A DNA stretch of 64,000 bases from Phallusia mammillata. Its lineage: Eukaryota. A program made the position numbers and the translations under genes. This document shows, piece by piece, positions 1 to 12,685 of the stretch. The notes below the pieces were generated by a model that was given only the letters and a program-made list of their open reading frames with translations, had not been told where the DNA came from and searched no databases. The stretch lies in NCBI GenBank assembly GCA_965637545.1, contig OZ281498.1, positions 3,844,001-3,908,000 of the forward strand, read 5' to 3'. The number at the start of each line of letters is the position of its first letter. Within the stretch, counting starts at the first letter, position 1.

Positions 1-3000
1 ATCGGACAAGAGCTTTGGTGAGCACGTCGAAGAGCCCGATTGGCTGGTGATCGATTTTCATCAGACGAGCGATAGTAAAACGAAGGACGACAGTCGTATA
101 CAGCCTGAAACGAAACATTCTGCAAGGAAGTCGTACAGTGCGCACAAGCAACGCAAATACGGCCGTAGGACTTTGCCGGATACGGAATTGTTGAGCAGGA
201 AGCAACACCGGTATGTAGTGTTTGTTCTAGTGTGCTTGCAAGGCAACAACGCCATCTAATTGGCGGACTGCAGTTGGATTTACACGTCATGGCAGCAATT
301 AAAGTCTTGTGTGATGTTGTGGTTGTTGATTTATGGCCTTTTTTGTTGTCTCCACGTTGCGACTGACAGTTCGATGGGAAATGTTGAGTAGTCGATGCTT
401 AAAATGTACAGACTCTATTGACCCGTCGAATTTGTTTGACCTTGTAAGATGGATTTAAAGTTAGCTATGCAGCTAGGCGCTTTTAGCCAAATTCCAACGC
501 ACATGACAACGCTTTGTGGTATAACGGTTCAATGATAATCATTTATTCGTAGGCAAACAGCACAATATTTACAAAGTCACAGGCTGGGTTTCGCCTTGAC
601 AACGGCCACGCTTCGAGTTATGTGTTTGTATTTCTCAGGTACGAGTACTCCGATATGAACAGTTCAAGAAAATCCGTAATCGATCGAACGGACTTACGGG
701 ATGATGACGTGAACACTTTAGGTTCCACTCCGGTGACCCCATCATCGCGCGTCACGGTTGAAGAGTTCGTTGGGGAGGGCGACGGCGCTGACTGGTAAGT
801 TGATTATGATATAAATGCAAAGTACTACAAATTGTGCCTAATATCTGCCTCAAAGACATGACTCATCATAATATAATGACTTGTTCTACTATCTGATGTC
901 ACCAATGTGGGTGTGCTTTTTAAAACCCGTTTTCTGAGTTTGAAAAAAAACGCACTAAAAATAGCTGTAAGATTTGCATCCGGCACCTAAAATTTGGGAT
1001 AATTTAAACAGGACAAATCCAGATATGGATGTTGTGCCCATGGACGACACTAGCTCGAACGACAACAATCCCGTCAACCAATCGAGCAGCGCTGAAGCAC
1101 AAGAGGCTCTTGGTGCAATTTGGCAACAAGTTATTGGCGATTTGGAGAAAAATATTGACGTTGCTCAGTTACAATCCCTCTATCATGCCCTTTCCCTGAC
1201 CAGTTCTGGTGGCGATGTTAAACAACTTTTTGACATACTCGACAATGATGGAGATGGCTTGATTAGCTTTGCTGATTTCGCCAGGCAAATGTCAGCTTTT
1301 CTCGGCGAGTCAATGTCTCCGGTGGTGCCAAGTGAAAACCTTAATGCTGTCGCCGATAAAGAAGCCACTGTCGCGTTTCATTCCACACCGCATCACAAAC
1401 AAAGCAGCAATATGCATGCCGTTCAAACACTTTCTGTAAATGACTTTGTCAACCACCCTTCCGTCCATAGCACGCCGCACAGTATCGATGGCCAGCACAC
1501 GCCGAAACAAACAACTTGTCACGTGACGCCATCGCCAGTCAATCAGAGTAGCACAAGCGGATTTGTTTCCACGCCTCACGCCAACGGTCAATTGTTCAGT
1601 TCATCTCCGTCCAATACAGGTAAAGTTTAAACTTTTGTATCAGTTTGTATCTTAAGTCGAATAACTGACATTAGCAGACCGAAAATGGCAAAGCAAATTC
1701 AACAACATATTTTGTACTGTATTGTAGATTACAGCAGTTTTTCATCTTCTACTGGAAGACTTTCCTTGGAAGGTCAAACAGACGAATTTGACGTCCGCAG
1801 TTACGAAGGAGTTCCCAATTATCGTCGCAGAAGAAGAACCAACCACACTACCTCACGAAACCGGCGACGTTCGAACAAAACTGTCGCACTTCCGCATTAC
1901 CACCCAATGAGCCGGCGCCGCGTTGAAGAGTCACCTTTCTATTTTCTCACAGGCGAAAATGGAAGGTACGTTTTTTTCTTTAAAATACATCATCGCATGA
2001 AATGGTATAAAAAAATAAAATTAGGTGTTCGTTTTATCCAGGTATGTTGATGTCGAGAATTTGCATTCAATTTGGAAAGAAGACGGTATTGAAGACCCTG
2101 ATCAGGTTTTGAAGGACCTTGGTGTCAATTTGGGTAAGCACCTGGTAACATAGCTATAAAATTGTCTATAGAAATGGTCTGAAGCAAAACTTTCATTGCT
2201 TTTTCAGACGATTCCTTTAGCGTGGAAATCTTGTCCGAAGCCATGGAAACCGAAATGAAGGATAGCATGATCCATCAAGCAGTTTGCTGCCTCTACAAAT
2301 CAGGAATCAAGTAAGAAGTCAAAATCCCTAATGCAAAAAAAGCTTGAAAAACTTCTAAATGTAACTTCTAAATCTCTTCCAGATATTATCGTTCAAAAAA
2401 AGAGCACGAATCCGCGGAGAGGTTGAAACTCGAATCAAAAGTTGATTATTTAAACAGACAATTACAAGAACAAGATGAAAGAATAGAGACGATGGAATGT
2501 AACTTCCAGAAACGTCTTGACGAAGTTGATACTCAACACAAGGTATGTAGAACCATTTTGTAATGCACAAAGTTATAAATGATTTGCTACATAAAAATAC
2601 ATGAAACAGTCCTTTGTTGTTGTTGTGATCTGTCCGATTTTCTGTTTAAATACCAACAGTAAACTTTTAAAAATACAACACACAAAATATGTGTTTTTTA
2701 ATTAAGGACGAAGTAAATCAGCTCGCCATCGAACTGAGCTCTGTCCAAGGCAAAAACGACACCCGAAAAGATGATGAGATCATAAGATTAAAAAGTCAGG
2801 TTCACGAACTGCAAGAGGTATGTATAAGCAAACCACACAAAAAGACTTAAAAAATGTTGGATAAACTTGAAACTAATCGCAAAATCCTAAAAACAGTAGA
2901 ACGGTAGAATTGGAGAAAAAGTCAATCTAATAATTGTTTAATGGCCCATTGGTAGTTTTTATTTTCGTGGGTCCATAATTTAATGCATGGACGTTTCATT

Positions 3001-3866
3001 TTGCAGCTTGAACGAGTCGTGCGATCCGATCTTAACAACCTAATGGAAGAACACAAAACCCTTCAAACCCGACATCAAGAAACTGTACAGGAATTGCATG
3101 TGGCCGGCGTTTCCATGGTAAAGCACATGTTCTTAAAATACACAACTTCAAGTTATAGCTTTCGTTGTTTACTACTTAGCAATGCCTTTTTGTGTTAAGA
3201 ACCAAATGCGAGTGGACTTTGAAGCAGCTTGCCACCGAATGGCGTCTTGCAGCAAAAGACAAATGCAGCAAAACGATCGTTTGGAGACGCTGATGTTGGA
3301 ATACAAGGACAGTGCGGCCCAACTGCGAGACGAAAACGATGAACTGTTCAACGATCTAAATCAGATGAAGAAACGGTGGTACTCCAGCGATAAGGCAAGT
3401 TCAAATTCGGCTAAAATAAAACTGTTCAGTGTATACTTCGGTACCACAGATTTGTTTTTTTAGCTGCTGCCAGTTCCTTGGTTTGTCAAAAAAGCTATGT
3501 TGTGTGTCGTAACCGCATTTTATTGTACAGGTTGCATTGGCGTACACCGGCCGTATCTTTCAACCAAGTCTGTCCGACGAAACACATTCACCTAAGGCAC
3601 CTATACGTTCCGGCCATACAACCCCGCACAGGACAGATATTTGCGCGTCTGTAGAGCGGGATTCTACTTTCTCGTCACATTCGTCCCTACCAAGTACCTC
3701 TCAAGCGGTAAGGACGGGCGAAGAATCTACAACTGATGCTTGGAAGTTACCTAATGATCCCGACGCCTCTATAAGCGAAGTCTCTGATAGCGTACTGACC
3801 CCGAAAGTGTTACGGCCACAGAGTCTTTTCTGTGAGCTGGAAGCATCATCTCCAGGCTTGGTGTGA
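1..3866 (+). CDS. EF-hand plus coiled-coil protein; 5' end lies upstream of the window
   Basis: Exons <1-210, 639-794, 1012-1619, 1728-1965, 2042-2133, 2208-2310, 2383-2542, 2707-2817, 3007-3117, 3200-3394 (GC donor) and 3531-3866 join in frame. Canonical EF-hand loop DNDGDGLISFADF; heptad-rich segments in the exons from 2383 to 3394. The 3' end is uncertain because GTGTGA at 3861 could be a donor. Confidence 0.75.
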
Positions 3867-4373
3867 TTAAATCTCTATTTTTTTATTATAAGGTCAAATA
3901 TTTTTTGCTATTTTTTTCCTTACTTTTTCTTTCAGCGTCAACTGCTATTTTCATACGCTATATACCCTTTAATCTGCCTGGTGATATTGTCAAAAGAATC
4001 CCTGTGCTTTGCTTGACTTTCTTCATTCGTTTTTCTTACATTGTGTCCTCTACAGTTTGCCTTCAAGTACTGTCTGATGATTTATGCATCTCCGAAACTC
4101 GCTACATTGTGTGATTCACTCCAAACCATCCGAGTGCAATGTTTTTCTTTGTTGTTTTCTATTTTTATTACGTATCTAAACAAAGTGCAGTCGTTCATAA
4201 ACATATAAGCTAAGCATATTTCTGTGGGTAAGTATAAATGCACGGACTGTGCTTTTAATTCTGAATTATACTGTTGTTGCGTTTACCGCCGAAAAGGTTT
4301 CTTCTCTGAACCTAACCGTTACCTCTTTGTTTATGAAGCAATGAATACAAACGATAAAATTTACTCGACTCTT

Positions 4374-6622
4374 TTATTTGCAGTTGTGACACATGGGAAA
4401 GTTGTTGCGTCTCACAAATCGCTTGCCATTCAGGTTCCTTCGGCATTTCTGTATAATAGAGATCGCAATTAACATTCATATAGTTTTGATGTCCTTTAGG
4501 TTTGGTATAAACGTTATGTGTTTTATGATGATTAACAATATTCAGTGGTGGGATTCAAATTTTTTGTCAGCCGGTTTTCTCACAAGAGTCATATTGTTCA
4601 GCCGGTTCTGTTCAAAAAGTCCATTGACAGATACCAGTAACGCAACCGGTTCGCTAAACTCGTAAATTTCTTGAGACCGGGTGAACCCCACCACAGACAA
4701 TATCCGTTTGTAGTATATGAACATGAGATACCACAGTATTGATAACAATAACATGTAGTTTTTGTATGTGTTTTGAATTAACCTGGCAGTTAAAACATCG
4801 GTCGTGCCACTTCTCGCCAATAGCCTTGAGTTCCTTGTCACCAGGGCCAATCAGATTGTTACAAGCAAAGCATGTGACCGAAAACAGACGGTTGTGATCT
4901 TGAAATACATAAAAACACTAAAGTATCAAAAAGTGCATTCTAGTCGCCCTTGTTTAAAAGAAAACAACGCTTCGGTTGTATGGTAGGCCTCAACAACAAC
5001 TAGCAGCAACTTTTAACTCTATGCACCTGTGTCACAGTAGATTTTGCCTTGCTCCATGTGGAAAACGCCGTCGTATATCGGCGCGTGACACTCTTGACAG
5101 GTGAAACATTCCAGATGCCACTGACAGTTCAAAGCCCGAAAAACTTCCTGCGGGTAAAATTTGTTGACGTCAAAAAGTGTGCTGTGATAAGTTTATCCAA
5201 CGTAAGTGTAACTTATGGTAACTGCACTAACTTCAATCGCTGGTTAACAAAGATTAATTGACATCAAAATATAATGTTTGGTGATATTTATGTAAGAACT
5301 TGGAAGCTACTGTGATTTTAACGTGTCTATACTTACGCTAAAGATTGGTTTGTTGCATTTCATACAGGGCTGCGAGAAATACTTATTGTGGCAGGGAACG
5401 CAGTACGCCTTTCCACCATCCACAATAAAACCAACATCCAAGCTCCCCTGGCAATTCGGAGCAGCACATATGAAGCAGGTCTTGTGAAAGTTCAGTCCTT
5501 GTACTATCGAATATTCCCCACTGCCAACACATGACAAATTGAAACAGTGTAGTGTAACCCAGTGGTGGGATATAGCCGGTTCGCACGGGTTCTGTCTCAC
5601 GAAATTTTATGATATGAGTTGAGTTTATTTCGCTTGGTGAATGACAACATAGTAACACAATTGCGCTAAATCAAACACCAAGCCGGAAAAAGCTGCACAA
5701 CGTTAAAACATTATGGACCTCAAGAAAAGTGTCGGGCGCAATTGATGGATAGCGCGCTGCAGCTACACCGTATCAGCGGTTAGCATTACTGGTTACTGTC
5801 AATGGACTTTTTGTAACAGTGGACTTAGACTTTGTGAAAGACAAACATTTGACAAACAATTTGAATCCCACTGAGTGTAACGGACAAACCGTGGAGAACT
5901 CACTCTATTGGCTTGGTGCAATAATTGCAAACCAATCCGTCTTTACTTTTTGGCATAAACCTTCGTGGTTCAAGAATGTCGTGTTCTGGCGGAGCAACGT
6001 TAGGTTTTGGTTGAGCACTAACAAATGATGTCCCCTGGGTTACAAGTGAACCTTCGGCTCCTGCTCAAAAAAGGGTGTTTTTAATTCAAGTGGCGTAAAA
6101 ATAAATAGACCGATAAACAAACCTACCTGTTTGGCCAATTGGTCGAGGCTGTTCAAGTGTTTTGGCTAATTCCACCCAGGTTGGATCAGCGGCTTTCATA
6201 CGTCCTGGTTTCGCGTCCCATGCAGTAGCTCTTTAAAAACAAGCAGTTTAGGTTATGACGTTAATTCAACCGCTTCCTTACCGAAACCTATTTATTTGCG
6301 ACGTACAGTTTAATAACTAAATCAAGTTTTCCAGGCGGAGAAGTTCTGATTAACGCCTCGGCCTCACTTCTGGTCGCATCTTTCAGCATTGAACTATTTA
6401 TCGCTAGAAGAATGTCTCGGCTTCGTAACCCTGCTTTGGCTGCTGGTGAGCCAGGCGTCACCTGAAAAAAAAGAAATAGTTGGCTACGTGTCCTCTTATA
6501 ATTCACCTGAAATTGGTAACATATCTTACCCGTGTTACCACTATATTCTGATTTTCGTCTGCTCCACCTGTAATCCTAAACCCCCATGGGGGCCCTCCAC
6601 TTAAAATTACAGACTTGGACAT
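4374..6622 (-). CDS. PDZ + 3 LIM domain protein (Enigma/ENH/ZASP-type), about 334 aa
   Basis: Exons 6622-6530, 6461-6307, 6230-6127, 6060-5904, 5520-5337, 5147-5027, 4898-4783, 4448-4374. PDZ start MSKSVILSGGPPWGFRITGG. Three LIM units: CNYC..FHKTCFICAAPNC..YCVPCH, CMKC..WHLECFTCQEC..YCDTD, CFAC..WHDRCFNCQKC..MCHNC. Confidence 0.9.
4543..4696 (+). mobile_element. Short hAT-type MITE in the last PDZ-LIM intron
   Basis: Starts CAGTGGTGGGATTCAAA; homologous in inverted orientation to 5560-5873. Confidence 0.65.
5560..5873 (-). mobile_element. hAT-type MITE in PDZ-LIM intron 4
   Basis: Termini CAGTGGTGGGAT / ATCCCACTG; AGTGTAAC on both flanks (one base offset on the left). Confidence 0.7.
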
Positions 6623-6932
6623 TCTGCGTTGCTTGTAGACTAAAAAAATGTTGTCTATTCAATCTGTCAACGAAAGACTGAGAAGTTAATTGCAGGCAGC
6701 AGCCCGTCACCACTGCCAGTTGGCGATATTGGCGAAACGACCTCAAGGGAATAGGAAAAAAGAAAAAAACATATTTGTCTTGCCAGTTCTCGTATATTTC
6801 TATTACATATGTATTTTAAGTGGCAAAAATGTAAAAAAATTGAATATAGCACGACGGAACACAACACCATGATATTATAATATCTATGATTGTAATATAA
6901 TATCTATGATTACACCTTCATTCTGACGCATT

Positions 6933-6942
6933 GTGACGTCAC
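6933..6942. promoter_or_regulatory. CRE/ATF palindrome GTGACGTCAC in the divergent PDZ-LIM/OTUD3 promoter
   Basis: Perfect 10-bp palindrome containing TGACGTCA, lying between two divergent ATGs (6622 and 7407). Confidence 0.4.
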
Positions 6943-7406
6943 TGCACTTACGACATAAGAACTGAGAAGTGCAACAACATTAAACAAGAGTCCCTAGGAA
7001 ACATGAAATGTACACATTTAACAAGTCTTGTGGACATCGTGGATACAATTTATAGAAATCGTTGCTTCATTTTCTACCAGGGGAAGTGTTTACTGGTGAT
7101 GTGTTATTCAAATTGATTCGTTCTGTTCTAAAAGACTTTTAATTAGTCATGAAGTGACTGTCTGTATATGAGTATATATGACTGTATGAGTTGTTTTATT
7201 TTTATCTATAAAGTTTTTTCTAAGGTTTACTCCCACTATTACACTAGAATTTACAAAATACAACGATTGCTGATTGACCTAGCCAATTTTTAGTTTGAAA
7301 TACGGTAGCTTTTGCAGGCTTGCACTTGCAGCAGTACTAATTGTATTCATATATCTCAGGATAAGTGTTTGGCTGACTGTATTATTCCTAATGTAGCATA
7401 TAAACT

Positions 7407-10178
7407 ATGGCTGGAAAAGAAAACAAAAACAACCGTAAGCGAGAAGAGCGGTCTATTAGAAAAGCACATCAAAACAACAGAAAACAAAAAGAGGTGATTT
7501 GTAAAAAATGTTTTTATATTTAGCTTACAGAAAGTTTGATGTCTTGAGTATAGGACTGAATATTCAGCATATTTGTTGCTATTGTTAGTGTTGTATATAA
7601 CAATGGTTCCCAACTTTTTTTCTTTGCAACCCAAATCCTTAATTTTTGTTTTGTGGTTTCTCCTGGCCCTGGTATATGGTTTCTTACTATTTCGGTTGTA
7701 TTTTTGTCTGTAAATCAGTAACACTTTTCAAAAATTACTATGCCAGTTTAGAAAATAAAAAATCAAACAAATATTTGTTTGTTTTTTCGACCGAACATTT
7801 CCATTTAGCCTAACTTTAGAGCTGGTATCAGCCAGACAACAATCAACAGTGAACTGGGATGCAACTTTTGATGTCACAAACAAAACCATTATCATGCCGT
7901 GGTAAAATTATTATATATTGGGCAACAATGTAAACCCTTGGGAAGTACAACTTAACTTTGAGTCTGGACCCACAGGTTGGGAAACACTGGTGTATAACAT
8001 AGGTTATGTAAAAAATCTAAACCGTTTAATGCTGTTTTTTTGCATTTTATACCATAATAAGGTTTTTATGTCAGTAAACCATAAATGGGCTATGAGTAGT
8101 TAACACAACACAGGTGGAAGGATTTACTTTACGTTGTTTATTACTTTATTCATTTTCAAAAACACATAATTCACTGTTTGTGTTCTAGATAAGTTCTTCA
8201 TATCTTCTTGATGATGAGAATTTTGCTGGATTTTCAAATCAGCTCGCCACAATAGGACTCAAGTTAAGAGACATTTCTGCAGATGGGCAAGTGAAATGAT
8301 TTTGACAAATGTTTAGTTTCTCCTGCTGACGAAACTAAAGCCTTTAGAACATTTCCTTATAAATCATAGAAACAATGTTTGGTTTAGAAATTGCCTGTTT
8401 CGTGCCCTTGGTGATCAAATTGATGGACATTCTTCGCGACACCTGTATCACAGGGAACAAACTGTGAGATACATGGTTGAACACCGCAATGACTTTGAAC
8501 CGTTTGTTGAAGATGACTGCACTTTTGATAATCATGGTTTGTTTTATTGACTGTATCAGTAAAACAATGAACAACTGCAATTGTGAATACTCATATAAAA
8601 CTTTTATAGTTAGAAAGCTTAGACAAGATGGAACCTATGCTGGAAATGATGCCATTGTTGCCTTTGCCAGGAACAACAATGTAAATGTAGTGATTCATCA
8701 GCTGAATACACCAATGTGGACAGTAAGTTATACAAAAAAATCTTCTTGTCATGCTATTATGTGTGTTGTTAAATGGTGATTTTTTTGTTTTTTTCTAACG
8801 TAAGGAGTGACATTATTTTTTTGACATTTTAACATGTTAGTTTCCACTTCCAGAAGTACATGTGTATTAGGCAATCAGCAGAAGGACTGAAAGAACGATC
8901 TGTAAGAATTATGTATGGCAACTTACTTCCTCTAACTATAATAGTTCCACTATCATGGATTTTGTTTATACTTCTGAAGACAAAATTTGTTTTGTAGATA
9001 ACTGGTAGCGACCGTCAAAATGCACCACAAATTCATATTGCCTACCACAATGGAGACCACTATTCAAGTGTGCGAAAGCTAACAGACATTTCAGACAATC
9101 CAACCAATATAAAGTTAACTGTGGGTGAAAAGTATATTCATAGAATTCTTTTGGATTGAGGCTTGTTATTGTTTAGACAAAAACTGAAAACAAGGGCAAG
9201 TCCAGCAAGAGGGAGTCTAGAAAAAAGCAAGCTTCTCCTGGTGCTGTATCTCATAAAATGGTTGCTCATATTTCCAATGTTACTGGTTGTCAGGTAGTAA
9301 CAACTTTTTTGTTAGGTGGCTATTAATTATTACCTTTTACCAATTCCTATGTTTTGTGTTTTTTCGACACTACATTCAAAGTGGTGTCCTAAATGGGAAT
9401 GCAGTCTGACCAAAGTCTGTGAAATGTGATAGTTTAGTTAAGCTTTCATATATATGCATATACTTCATTTTTAAGGGTTAACACCGCACACAACAATAGT
9501 GGCAATATAATTTTCACACTTGTTTCTTGGTCAAACATTCTTTTGTAGGATCTTTCTCTCATTCAACAACTGTTAGAAGATTGGAATTCAGACGTAGATC
9601 TCACAATTGGAATGGTGTTGCAGTTTATGCAAGCTGACACTTCAGGTTTTTTTCTTGAAATATTCAGTTTAAGAATGCATTCTGAATGTCTAATTTTGTA
9701 AAAAACAAACAGATGAAGATTCACAACATTCAAGACATTCGGCCAACAGTAATTCATCAAAACCTGCTCAGCTGTGGGATTCTAATGGCACTGGTGCTAG
9801 ACTCTTTGGAAGTAACAATATACCAAGTCATTCCCGGGATACCAGCAAAAAGAAAAGCAACATTGGTCAACCACAAAAAAGGGTATCACTTTCAGTTACT
9901 GTTCAAAAAATGCAAGGGGTTACATATGAGCCTAGTGTAAATGATGTTAAGTTTTAACCCACAAACAGTGAGTTACTGTTTGACTGACATTTTTGAATAA
10001 ATGAAGTATTCGCTTTATGCTGTTTTAGGTCAGCAACAAAAATCGAAAGGAGTTGGCAAGGAAAGAGCGTAAGAAAAGGAGTGATGAAAGAAAGAAAAAC
10101 ACTACTCAGCAGTCATCACCGAGTGATTCTGATGAATCTGGAATTCTAGTAAAAAATATGGATATCTTAAAAGTTTAA
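7407..10178 (+). CDS. OTUD3: OTU domain deubiquitinase 3
   Basis: Exons 7407-7493, 8189-8286 (GC donor), 8388-8536, 8610-8722, 8998-9120, 9177-9293, 9549-9645, 9713-9882, 10029-10178. Motifs [38 protein letters not shown], a UBA-like exon, and [13 protein letters not shown]. Confidence 0.93.
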
Positions 10179-10339
10179 TTTTATTGTATCGGACGCACAT
10201 GATTCCTGATAACATTGTGCAACACAACTGCCAGTTTCGTAATATGTGCTGTATGTTTCACTGTGAAATAAAAGTTCCTCTTGGTTTAAGTTCAGTTTTG
10301 CTCGGTGCTTGATTTATAACCATTCCATCATAAACAATT

Positions 10340-11493
10340 TCATCTGTATCCCTTTAGTGGCTTATTGTTAATAAACCGGCTGTCACGGTAAGGGAGCATT
10401 ATTGGCAGGTCTGGATGCATTCCATATTTCCAAGTTGTCCGAAACTGCTTTCTGAACCATGTTGGCGGGGACTTGGGGAACGATGGGTTTCGTTTCCGTA
10501 TTAAATTCCATTTTAATTCAATTCTATAGTAATATGATTTTTCTAACTTGATCCTCCTTTCTTCACGCCGCCTAAAAGTTGAATATACATTCTTAAAAAT
10601 GGTCTGTTCTATGTCAGACAGCAGCAATTCACAAAATACTCACAGATGCCATTCTTCTAGTAGCTCGTCAAAGTGGGCTATGTCAACTGGTTTGTCATCA
10701 TCTTGTTTCTTTTGCAACTCTTGTGGTATGAGATGCTCCTTATAGGTGTAATAGTAGGAATCACCTAGTGAGCTTTTTCTCCACTCACCTAAAAAAAGCA
10801 ATTCATACAGAAAATGCATTTTTTAAAACTTCTTGTGTACAAACCAGGCACTCCATCTGGGGTTCCTTTTAATAACATATTTTTGGCTGTTTCCCTTTCT
10901 GTTATTATATCTCGAAGATTGCTCATAGATTCTGCAACCTTGAAAACATTTGCAAGTTACAAAACTGACAACAAAAATGCTCAGTTCCCACAAAACCTTT
11001 TCCAGCCTCTCCTCTCCTGGCATGGGCTCATCTGTTTCGCGACATATGTTTTCCAAGGTCAGAAGCATATTTCTTTCTTTTAGCAGCACAAACCTGTAAC
11101 AGTAGAATACCTGTTTCATGGTTAGAATATTTAAAAACATACATTTAAAAAACGTCAAACCATAGCTTGTGCAGATCAAGGAGACTTTTTCGCCTTAGTT
11201 GATCTTTTGTCCATGGTGAACCGATCTTTGTTATTTTACGTTTGCCAAAGGTTTTTGGGTTGTCAAAAAACTCCTCCAATCCATGTTGGCGTGTTGAAAC
11301 ATGTAACGTTCGAACAATGGAATTGAAAGAAAGTTGATGTCCCAGAAGTGCTCTACAATGTATTTATATTTGTGTTAAACTGTTTAGAAATGCATGGGCA
11401 TGTATAATAAGGTTACAACCTTGCGCGCGACGAGTACAAAATCCTATTCACATCCTTTGCAAGGTGCAAAAAGATTTTGTTTATTAAAGGCAT
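10340..11493 (-). CDS. MRPL47: Mitochondrial ribosomal protein L47 (uL29m)
   Basis: Exons 11493-11420, 11352-11161, 11093-10997, 10938-10845, 10788-10644, 10571-10340. Basic presequence, then [53 protein letters not shown]. Confidence 0.93.
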
Positions 11494-12685
11494 GTCAACC
11501 AGGTAGCATTTGCTAGTCTTCGTCCGTCAACCCCAACACTGAATATAATGCAAGAATAATATATTAGCACAACTGATTATAAAGCCCAGTAATAACACAT
11601 AACACAATCATTCAATTGCTCGTTACGCATGATTGGTGCTGTTGCTTTGCGACATATTTTCAAAGATATCATAATTATTGACAGAAATAGACCGGTATTT
11701 GAATGAATTTTTTAAAAAATTGTTTTAAAACCGAAAAACATAGTTTTAACAGTTTTTTCCAGAACGCATATTTAAATTCTTTGTTTGAAAAATGAACGTT
11801 TAAATTGCGTTGACACTTGACAGAGAGCATTGATTTGCTCAGCTGGACATTGGATCTCCGACGATTGCGTAAGATAAGTTCCTTTGTCAAACTGAACTTA
11901 CTTTGTCGTTTTGTACTATGTAATAACGCAATCAATTCTCGTTATACCGTAGAAAATGCCATATATTGCATACGTTACCATGTAGTTCCCTACGATATTT
12001 AGTACCACCTTCCTGATAGCCAACTCAGCCGTGACAGGGAAAAATATTTGTTCGTTTGAAATGGGTGGTACTAAATATCGTAAGTGACCGCATGTTATTC
12101 CGCTTAAAATACTGTATAGTATGTGAAATATGAGAATATAAGCCCCAACAAAGGTAAATTAGACCAGATTCTAGTATAATTTTATTACAAACCCTCACCT
12201 AACCCGAACAGCGCTTTCTATTTTCGTATTAGCATATTTGAGTCCTTCGCAACTTTCTGCTGTGTGATAACATGCCCCGTAGCATGCGCGGTACATGCGG
12301 TTACCATGCGCTGTCCCATGCGGGATCAAAGTCTGACGCGAGATACTGTGCACGGTACCATACGGTTTTATACGATTTTTAGTACCATACAGCTTGAAAG
12401 TTTTGAGTTTATCCTCATTGTAAATGCCATATCGTCGCTGTTCTATTGCCTAAAAGTGTGTTGTGAACTTGTGATAAATGTTTGGTTTGAAATAAAAAAT
12501 GATCTTTGTCATCCACTGTCTCCATTAGCCAATTAGCAGTACAAATTCGAGTTTTCTGTTTTGTTAAGCAAACTAACCTAATGATTGTGCGTATAACATA
12601 GATTATTTCTTGATGTATTTCCAAAATACATTTAGAGAATTGTTTTATATTTAATGGATCAGGCAAAGAGTATTAAGAATTGGAA

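Noticed and set aside
3863-4114. Hydrophobic 83-aa ORF after the EF-hand gene (possible membrane anchor)
   Set aside because: T-rich 3' UTR-like composition produces F/L/I by chance, and I found no convincing in-frame splice into it. An alternative tail exon is not excluded.
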